A stretch of DNA of 64,000 bases, from IMG/VR virus record IMGVR_UViG_3300030090_006322, positions 27,434 to 91,433 of that record; one strand, written 5' to 3'. The notes under the pieces were generated by a model, which was not told the DNA's origin, ran no database searches, and saw only the letters and a list, made by a program, of their open reading frames with translations. The stretch is from a virus. The translations under genes were made by a program, and so were the position numbers. Positions 58,569 to 64,000 of the stretch are shown here, piece by piece; positions within the stretch are counted from its first letter, which is position 1, and each line of letters opens with the position of its first letter.

Positions 58569-59384
58569 ATGAGCTTAATCCTAGCCAAAAACAAAGTCAC
58601 TCGCGAACAACTTGTGAGTGCTGATTCGGACGCAGGTCTGATCATCGAAGGATTGGGTAAGAACGGCGTGGTCGCTAAGACCCCCGACCCAACCGACACC
58701 CACACCCCTATTCCCCACGCGCTTCTCGTTGATGAGGCGCATGAGGCTTTGGACCGCGCAGGTCTAGAGGTGTTGGAGGAAGAACACGCCCTTGGGCGTG
58801 GTGGACTCCGCTACTTTGGTGGCTTCGCCATCAAGGGGACGGATATGGAAGCAAGCGACCGCCGTTTGGTGGTTGGGCTTCGTAACGCGCACGACAAGTC
58901 CTTTGCGGCTTCCGTGTGCATCGGTAACCAGATGATGGTTTGCGAGAATCTTTGCTTCTCTTCGGATGTGAAGCTCGCTCGCCGTCATACAGCCAACATC
59001 GTGCGCGACTTGCCTCGCGTCCTTTCTTCGGCTGTGTCTCGCGTCATCTCCCACTGGAGTGACATGGGCAAGCGCATCGACGCTTACCAAGCGACCGAGG
59101 TTGCTCGCGACCGCGCCGCTGACCTCATCGTCAGCCTTGTGGACGCGAAAGCGTTTCCTGCTCGCGATGTCTACAAGGCAGTGCAGGAATTCCGTAACCC
59201 TCGCCATGAGGAGTTCAAAGGCGGCTCTCTGTGGACCCTTTACAACGGGATCACGGAGAATCTCAAAGGCGGTGACTTGACCAAGTTGCCACAGCGCACA
59301 ATGACTGTGCAGTCTGTCTTCGACAGGATCGCGGGGCATAGCCCCGAAATCCTCGATGCCGAGGAGGTCGCGCTTCCCGCATAA
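58569..59384 (+). CDS. DUF932-family protein
   Basis: GLRNAHDKS..G..MVCENLCF..RRHT..SLWTLYNGITE. Confidence 0.8.
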   Translation: MSLILAKNKVTREQLVSADSDAGLIIEGLGKNGVVAKTPDPTDTHTPIPHALLVDEAHEALDRAGLEVLEEEHALGRGGLRYFGGFAIKGTDMEASDRRLVVGLRNAHDKSFAASVCIGNQMMVCENLCFSSDVKLARRHTANIVRDLPRVLSSAVSRVISHWSDMGKRIDAYQATEVARDRAADLIVSLVDAKAFPARDVYKAVQEFRNPRHEEFKGGSLWTLYNGITENLKGGDLTKLPQRTMTVQSVFDRIAGHSPEILDAEEVALPA

Positions 59385-59400
59385 GGGGTGAACCCATCAC

Positions 59401-59434
59401 AGACCCGCTTCCCGAAAGGGGGGCGGGTTTTTTT
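59401..59434 (+). terminator. rho-independent terminator
   Basis: ACCCGCTTCCC-GAAA-GGGGGGCGGGT followed by a T-tract. Confidence 0.9.
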
Positions 59435-59484
59435 GTGCAGAAATAAAAAAGTTTTTCTTGACACGCGTTTAAGTAAGAAGGCTT

Positions 59485-59561
59485 GTAACTCGTTGAGTAT
59501 CAACGAGTTAGGGCGGCGCGGCCCCCGCGCCCTCGTAACTCCTTCAGCGTCAACGACTTAC
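59485..59561. repeat. 77-bp twin-palindrome element, copy 7
   Basis: GTAACTCGTTGA-GTA-TCAACGAGTTAG / GTAACTCCTTCA-GCG-TCAACGACTTAC. Confidence 0.95.
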
Positions 59562-59586
59562 GACTTGAATTAAAATGAATTTTAAT

Positions 59587-59614
59587 TTGACCAACCCTAT
59601 ACTTATGGTATAAT
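59587..59614 (+). promoter_or_regulatory. early promoter, leaderless
   Basis: TTGACC-16-TATAAT; ATG +6. Confidence 0.85.
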
Positions 59615-59620
59615 ACGCGC

Positions 59621-59803
59621 ATGGAAACGATAACTACTAAATCTTTTTGTGTTGATTATTGGGACTCTAAAGGCAATCACCTTTTGACTTCTGCCTATTG
59701 TAATAATACTGGATCTGAAGTTGACACCGAGCAATATGCTGATAAGAATCGCCCAATGCGTAATTGTATTTGGGAAGTCACAGAAATGAAACAAGAAGAC
59801 TAA
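59621..59803 (+). CDS. hypothetical protein
   Basis: 60 aa, own promoter. Confidence 0.7.
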   Translation: METITTKSFCVDYWDSKGNHLLTSAYCNNTGSEVDTEQYADKNRPMRNCIWEVTEMKQED

Positions 59804-59805
59804 TC

Positions 59806-60021
59806 ATGGCTAATTCATATAATATAAGTTATAGTGTTATTGAGAGACATCCCGCACCATTCGACTTTATCTTTGAGTGGGACAATGGAACAGAAAAAAC
59901 ATTTATAGTTGTTTCATTGCATGGCGCGAAGGCACTAGCCGAAACATTTGAAAACTTCGGTTACGAACGCGAAGAGGGAAGCATTGAGTTCAGGAAAAAC
60001 TACGCGGTCGAATTCCCTTGA
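59806..60021 (+). CDS. hypothetical protein
   Basis: MANSYNISY..; starts 2 nt after the previous stop. Confidence 0.68.
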   Translation: MANSYNISYSVIERHPAPFDFIFEWDNGTEKTFIVVSLHGAKALAETFENFGYEREEGSIEFRKNYAVEFP

Positions 60022-60038
60022 ATAAAAATTAATTTAAA

Positions 60039-60066
60039 TTGACAAGCCCAGGAAATAGTGTATACT
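60039..60066 (+). promoter_or_regulatory. early promoter, leaderless
   Basis: TTGACA-16-TATACT; ATG +7. Confidence 0.88.
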
Positions 60067-60073
60067 CCCTCCT

Positions 60074-60763
60074 ATGTCCAAGCTTCTAAATTCAGGAAAT
60101 CATAAAACAAGCAAGGGCGAAAAGTATGGTTGGATAACCTACGGCTTGCACCTTGCACCATATAACTTATCAGGAAAAAATGTTTGCTCTTCTGCTTCTG
60201 CTGGTTGTTCTACTGCTTGTCTCAATACTGCTGGTCGTGGAATCATGCATTCCGTTCAAGATGCCCGAGTTAAAAAAACACGAAGGTTTTTCGAGGATCG
60301 GGATGGATTCCTATCGCAGCTATACAAGGAAATCAAAAGCTCGATTAAAAGCGCAACGAGAAAACAAATAAATCATTGCTTCCGTTTGAATCTCACAAGT
60401 GATATTCCGTGGGAGAGTATGGTCGTAAAACAATTCCCCCAATCACAGTTCTACGACTATACTAAACACCTAAAAAGATTCGTTCGGTTCTTGGAAGGTA
60501 AACTGCCAAGCAACTATCACCTTACTTACTCAAGAGATGAGACAACACCTGATACATTGGTAAAGAGCTTGTGTGCAAGTGGTGGCAATGTGGCTGTTGT
60601 GTTTAGAGGAAAAAAGCTCCCCGCCAGATGGCTTGGAATAGAAGTAATAGATGGCGACGATTCGGACTTGCGTTTTCAAGATGGTGAGGGTAAGATAGTC
60701 GGGTTGCTAGAGAAAGGTCTAGCCAAGAAAGATGAAACGGGGTTTGTTGTTGAGCCATGCTAG
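60074..60763 (+). CDS. Gp88-like protein (radical-SAM-like three-Cys motif)
   Basis: NVCSSASAGCSTACL, RLNLTSDI, FYDYTK, NYHLTYS, DGDDSDLRF. Confidence 0.75.
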   Translation: MSKLLNSGNHKTSKGEKYGWITYGLHLAPYNLSGKNVCSSASAGCSTACLNTAGRGIMHSVQDARVKKTRRFFEDRDGFLSQLYKEIKSSIKSATRKQINHCFRLNLTSDIPWESMVVKQFPQSQFYDYTKHLKRFVRFLEGKLPSNYHLTYSRDETTPDTLVKSLCASGGNVAVVFRGKKLPARWLGIEVIDGDDSDLRFQDGEGKIVGLLEKGLAKKDETGFVVEPC

Positions 60764-60828
60764 ACCCTAATTGGATTGTAATAGTAATGGCTCTCCTGTT
60801 AACCTTAACTTGTTATAGAAAAAGATGA
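60757..60828 (+). CDS. 23-aa hydrophobic peptide (not in ORF track)
   Basis: MLDPNWIVIVMALLLTLTCYRKR; overlaps both neighbours. Confidence 0.45.
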   Translation: MLDPNWIVIVMALLLTLTCYRKR

Positions 60829-61049
60829 AGAAACCAAAAATCACATGGGAAGAGGGCATGACAAAATGCCTGGGCCTTTATACAGAAGCGCTGTTCAGGG
60901 GTGACAAGGACGAAGCTATAGATATCGGTCATCAGATGATCGCTATTGGAAAAACTCTGGACAGCACACAAAAGTTCCTAGAGAAACAAAACAAAACTTA
61001 CGATCAGTTCGGAGAGACTGTAAAAGCAATAAACACCAACTTAAACTAA
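60825..61049 (+). CDS. hypothetical protein
   Basis: 74 aa. Confidence 0.68.
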   Translation: MKKPKITWEEGMTKCLGLYTEALFRGDKDEAIDIGHQMIAIGKTLDSTQKFLEKQNKTYDQFGETVKAINTNLN

Positions 61050-61213
61050 TGGATACATCAGCCAACGCACTAATAGATGACTTGAACGATATACTGTCTG
61101 ACTTTAAGAGTCATATGGTAGAAGCGTATGAAGAGAGAGAAGATGAGATGGAAGAGAAGATCGACAATCTCATAAAAGAAGTAAACGAATTGTTTAGCTC
61201 TAGCTATGTCTAA
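61049..61213 (+). CDS. 54-aa highly acidic helical protein (not in ORF track)
   Basis: MDTSANALIDDLNDILSDFKSHMVEAYEEREDEMEEKIDNLIKEVNELFSSSYV; TAATG coupling. Confidence 0.68.
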   Translation: MDTSANALIDDLNDILSDFKSHMVEAYEEREDEMEEKIDNLIKEVNELFSSSYV

Positions 61214-61418
61214 AAAAACAGGAGGCAGACCGCGCAAAACGAAAGGTTTAATTGATGTGGCTAGATGGATGCCCCAGATAAGGCGGGTGTGTAGTCGCCA
61301 ACTTGTTTTGAATCAGCTAGATGCACTAGAGCGAGATCATACACTATCTGAAGGTAGGGTGGGAATAAAACATCGCATAGCGCAGATTAAAAAAGATGTA
61401 GCTAGGATACAGTTGTAA
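61206..61418 (+). CDS. basic hypothetical protein
   Basis: 70 aa; stop codon is the TAA of element copy 8. Confidence 0.65.
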   Translation: MSKKTGGRPRKTKGLIDVARWMPQIRRVCSRQLVLNQLDALERDHTLSEGRVGIKHRIAQIKKDVARIQL

Positions 61419-61491
61419 CTCCTTGAGAATCAAGGGGTTACGGGGGCGCGGGGGCGCTCGCCTCGTAACTCGTTGAGTATCAGTGACTTAT
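61415..61491. repeat. 77-bp twin-palindrome element, copy 8 (inverted spacer)
   Basis: GTAACTCCTTGA-GAA-TCAAGGGGTTAC / GTAACTCGTTGA-GTA-TCAGTGACTTAT. Confidence 0.95.
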
Positions 61492-61512
61492 GACTGGGAT
61501 TCTGTAAAAGGC

Positions 61513-61540
61513 AAAAAGAAAACCCGCAGTTACGCGGGTT
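61513..61540 (-). terminator. terminator at the convergence point
   Basis: AACCCGC-N6-GCGGGTT with a U-tract on the minus strand. Confidence 0.7.
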
Positions 61541-61585
61541 CACTTATTTATTTGATTCTATTTGATCCTGCCTTATATTATTTAG

Positions 61586-62068
61586 TTAACATCGCACGAC
61601 CTGCAACTTGCCTTCTGTCTCTTGTCTCTTGCCTTGTAGCCAGACTCCATCCCAATTCTTATGCTTTGGTCTGCGGTAATAATATCTATAGACTTTACCT
61701 GTGTCCTTGTTGATTAGCTTATACTTTCCTTTTGTAGTTTTAACTGTGCCACCTCTATCTTCAGACTTATAACATCTCTCTGGTCTGGCCCCGACCTTCC
61801 GACACATACTTTTCCATACGTGGTCATGCCCATGTCCTGGGCCTGTAAGTGCGTGGGCGATCTCATGCAAAACAACATCTTTTGTTTCTTCTATTGTATT
61901 AAGATTCGCCAACACTTTGGTAATACCTATTTCTTTCTTACTGTATCTGCACTGACCGTATCGACGCACTGCTCTGGTGTCCCAAACGAACTTCCAATCA
62001 TCTATGCCCCACTTGTCCATCTGCTCCAGAGCAAACTCTTTTATTTTGTGTAGTTTAATCAGATCCAT
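61586..62068 (-). CDS. SprT-like zinc metalloprotease
   Basis: RRYGQC, LHEIAHAL..HGHDHVWK..C. Confidence 0.85.
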   Translation of the reverse strand: MDLIKLHKIKEFALEQMDKWGIDDWKFVWDTRAVRRYGQCRYSKKEIGITKVLANLNTIEETKDVVLHEIAHALTGPGHGHDHVWKSMCRKVGARPERCYKSEDRGGTVKTTKGKYKLINKDTGKVYRYYYRRPKHKNWDGVWLQGKRQETEGKLQVVRC

Positions 62069-62117
62069 TTTCTTAATGTGGTTATTAATAGCAGAACGGT
62101 TAAAATAAAAACTTCTA

Positions 62118-62417
62118 TCACTGGTTTGAGATGTGATGAATGTGTTTGTCTATATACTGCCCGAAATCAGCTATAGCCCGCAGGTGCTTCTGCCTCTCAT
62201 CATATGCCCTAGAGAATGCATTGTCATCATTGAAAGCGTCCTTCATAGGGTCGGAGTCCTGCACATAATAGTCTCTGCCGTGGAATGTGCAATCATTAAG
62301 TGCATCGCTTAAATCACTTAAAGCTTTTTGTATTTTTATATTGCCCCACAACAATGTTCTTTTATCTGTGCCGTTAAGATGAACTGTGGGGAGTGGATAG
62401 TCTTTTGTTTCACTCAT
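62118..62417 (-). CDS. hypothetical protein
   Basis: PTVHLNGT..HGRDYY; own promoter. Confidence 0.75.
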   Translation of the reverse strand: MSETKDYPLPTVHLNGTDKRTLLWGNIKIQKALSDLSDALNDCTFHGRDYYVQDSDPMKDAFNDDNAFSRAYDERQKHLRAIADFGQYIDKHIHHISNQ

Positions 62418-62423
62418 GCCTAC

Positions 62424-62452
62424 ACATTACTACCACCTACGGTGGTAGTCAA
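62424..62452 (-). promoter_or_regulatory. early promoter, leaderless, with a palindromic spacer
   Basis: TTGACT-17-TAATGT; ATG +6; IR ACTACCACC-TAC-GGTGGTAGT. Confidence 0.72.
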
Positions 62453-62731
62453 GAATAAAAATGAATTAAAATTCCCACCAGAATAAACAAAACAAATAGT
62501 GTGGTTGGGCGCGGGGCAAAGAGCTTATTATACTCCCTAGCCTCATGTTTATTTCTTTGTCTTTCGGTCACTCTGGAACTCGCATACATAACATTAGTTA
62601 TTACGCGATTAATGTCCCGACCTGCAAAAAAGAAAAGTGTCGATTCCGTAACACATTATTTAGTTATTTACGTTCGATCCTACGACCTGGGCTTTTGTTT
62701 ATTTAGATTATTTGGTTTGAACTGGGCGATC

Positions 62732-62804
62732 TGGGAGCGACAGGATTCGAACCTGTAACCTAACGATTATGAGTCGCTTGCTCTGACCATTGAGCTACAC
62801 TCCC
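62732..62804 (-). tRNA. tRNA with CAT anticodon, most likely tRNA-Ile2 (lysidine type)
   Basis: Cloverleaf GGGAGTG..AGCGA-CTCATAA-TCGTT..GGTTCGAATCC..CGCTCCC-A; anticodon arm GCGACTCATAATCG resembles bacterial Ile2; no encoded CCA. Confidence 0.9.
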
Positions 62805-62846
62805 TCATTATGTTTATTTAGATTATTTCAGTTGATCTGGCTGATC

Positions 62847-62919
62847 TGGGTGTGGCGGGATTCGAACCCGCACTTTACAGATTTTAAGTCTGTTGCCTCT
62901 GCCGTTGGGCTACACACCC
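62847..62919 (-). tRNA. tRNA-Leu(TAA) with a short variable loop
   Basis: GGGTGTG..ACAGA-CTTAAAA-TCTGT-AAAGT-GCGGG-TTCGAAT-CCCGC-CACACCC-A; 73 nt. Confidence 0.9.
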
Positions 62920-62932
62920 TTGGTCTTATATC

Positions 62933-63058
62933 CTAACCATCGGACCAGTAATCGTCTATGTCTTCGTCTCTGTGAGAGGTTTTCTCTCCGCTTCTAAGGG
63001 CATTAAATAGGAGTAAAAAGAATAATATAGTAAAGGTTATAGGTTCAAAACCACCCAT
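62933..63058 (-). CDS. 41-aa membrane-anchored peptide (not in ORF track)
   Basis: MGGFEPITFTILFFLLLFNALRSGEKTSHRDEDIDDYWSDG. Confidence 0.5.
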   Translation of the reverse strand: MGGFEPITFTILFFLLLFNALRSGEKTSHRDEDIDDYWSDG

Positions 63059-63233
63059 AGTTATTAAAAAATGTATTAAATTGTATTTAATTAATTAAAA
63101 AGGAGAGGGTGCAACTAATTCTTTATGTTTAAGCTTTTCCCTGTGGTAACAGTATATTCTCTTATATATATCTCTATTAGTATCTTATCCTCTTGGTAAT
63201 TACAAATGCTTAAAAGAAAAGGTGTTTTTATAA

Positions 63234-63446
63234 TTACAAACGGCGGTTGAATAAATCTATACTCTTAGCGTTGGAATACTTGGTATTGTATTCTACTAAT
63301 TCTTTTACTCTGTATATCTCTCCTAGTGTCTCTTTAGTCCTACCAGAATTGTCTACCTGACGTAGTGATATCAGATCTGCTTCAGCAGATGACAGGACGT
63401 TGACAAGCTCTCTGATAAGCTCATCTGGAGATTTGTAATCACTCAT
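63234..63446 (-). CDS. hypothetical protein
   Basis: 70 aa; ATGA coupling. Confidence 0.65.
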   Translation of the reverse strand: MSDYKSPDELIRELVNVLSSAEADLISLRQVDNSGRTKETLGEIYRVKELVEYNTKYSNAKSIDLFNRRL

Positions 63447-63580
63447 TCTTTTTCTTCGAAATTAAATGCTGTGACATCTTGATTATTGTAGATATCAAAA
63501 CAGTATTTTATTAACTGATCGTAAACCTCCTCTTCGGTTTCCGCTTCGAATACGTCTTCAAAAGTAACTTTAAATTTCAT
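63443..63580 (-). CDS. 45-aa acidic protein (not in ORF track)
   Basis: MKFKVTFEDVFEAETEEEVYDQLIKYCFDIYNNQDVTAFNFEEKE; coupled on both sides. Confidence 0.62.
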   Translation of the reverse strand: MKFKVTFEDVFEAETEEEVYDQLIKYCFDIYNNQDVTAFNFEEKE

Positions 63581-63678
63581 AGCTCTTTAATTAGTTGAGT
63601 GAAGGAACACATTAAACAATAAAGTATAATTACAGGGACGAATCCCAGACTCCACCATACCAACAAAATCTTAATCAT
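63577..63678 (-). CDS. 33-aa hydrophobic peptide (not in ORF track)
   Basis: MIKILLVWWSLGFVPVIILYCLMCSFTQLIKEL; fills the gap exactly. Confidence 0.5.
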   Translation of the reverse strand: MIKILLVWWSLGFVPVIILYCLMCSFTQLIKEL

Positions 63679-64000
63679 CTACTCCCTCTCTAGACTCAAA
63701 GGGAAACTCCATATCAAATACTTCTTCTCTTGAGATTCTATTACTCTGGTCTGACCAAATCAACAAATCAATTTGTGCGTCTGACAGGTAAGGATAACGC
63801 AAGCGGGACAAATACCTAAACTGTTTCTCTAGTTCTTGGTATTTCTTACTGTTGGTTGGGGTGTTCTTGGGAGCATCCTCTACTCCATTGTCTCTCAACC
63901 ATGCGAGGATGTGAGTGTCTAAGACTGCGTAGTCACAACCCTGTCTGGTATGAAGCAAAAAGAAACGTGCTGTCTTGTTGCCCACTCCATACACATTAAG
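63671..64000 (-). CDS. HhH-GPD DNA glycosylase-like protein (5' part outside window)
   Basis: GVGNKTARFFL..AVLDTHIL helix-hairpin-helix plus catalytic Asp. Confidence 0.78.
   Translation of the reverse strand, partial: LNVYGVGNKTARFFLLHTRQGCDYAVLDTHILAWLRDNGVEDAPKNTPTNSKKYQELEKQFRYLSRLRYPYLSDAQIDLLIWSDQSNRISREEVFDMEFPFESREGVDD

Noticed and set aside
53787-61491. The 27-bp palindromes as a CRISPR array
   Set aside because: They occur only in pairs, the 23-bp spacers resemble each other, pairs are 0.6-1.9 kb apart, and no cas genes are present.
53787-61491. Canonical integron attC sites
   Set aside because: TAAC..GTTA ends and stop-codon overlap are reminiscent, but RYYYAAC/GTTRRRY is not consistently met, orientation is mixed, cassettes carry their own promoters and no intI is seen.
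62507-62517. GGGCGCGGGGC as a ninth element copy
   Set aside because: It resembles half a spacer but has no flanking palindromes; at most a remnant.
62732-62804. Initiator or elongator tRNA-Met
   Set aside because: No C1:A72 mismatch or GGG/CCC anticodon stem, so not an initiator; the anticodon arm matches Ile2 better, though elongator Met is not fully excluded.
1-64000. Bacterial chromosome with an O-antigen locus or an integrated prophage
   Set aside because: No housekeeping genes, wzx/wzy, integrase or att context; the sugar genes are continuous with phage replication genes.

Overview
A 64-kb segment of a large, AT-rich tailed-phage genome, probably a siphovirus (2157-aa tape measure, no sheath gene seen). 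It has four blocks. (1) 1-20.6 kb, minus strand: primase, DnaB helicase, RecA-like recombinase, a 15-gene nucleotide-sugar/glycosyltransferase cluster (gmd, fcl-like, ColD-like, perosamine-synthase-like, GT11/GT10/GT25/GT4 and others) and nrdAB. (2) 20.8-23.6 kb, plus strand: sigma factor, SSB, glycosyltransferase, Hsp20. (3) 23.6-52.2 kb: tail, head and packaging genes, a second sigma factor and PhoH, many preceded by a GTGTAW motif. (4) 52.4-64 kb: an early/host-takeover region of small ORFs and two tRNAs. The most unusual feature is in block 4. It holds eight copies of a 77-bp element made of two 27-bp palindromes (GTAASTCNTTGA-N3-TCAACGASTTAN) whose starts are exactly 50 bp apart in every copy, separated by a 23-bp GC-rich spacer. 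The copies occur in both orientations and divide the region into gene cassettes driven by sigma70-type promoters that would yield leaderless mRNAs. Other candidates are a ~340-nt structured non-coding RNA, an A9 frameshift site in the head module and a tRNA-Leu(UAA) lacking the long variable arm. All product calls come from motif recognition by eye; no database search was run.
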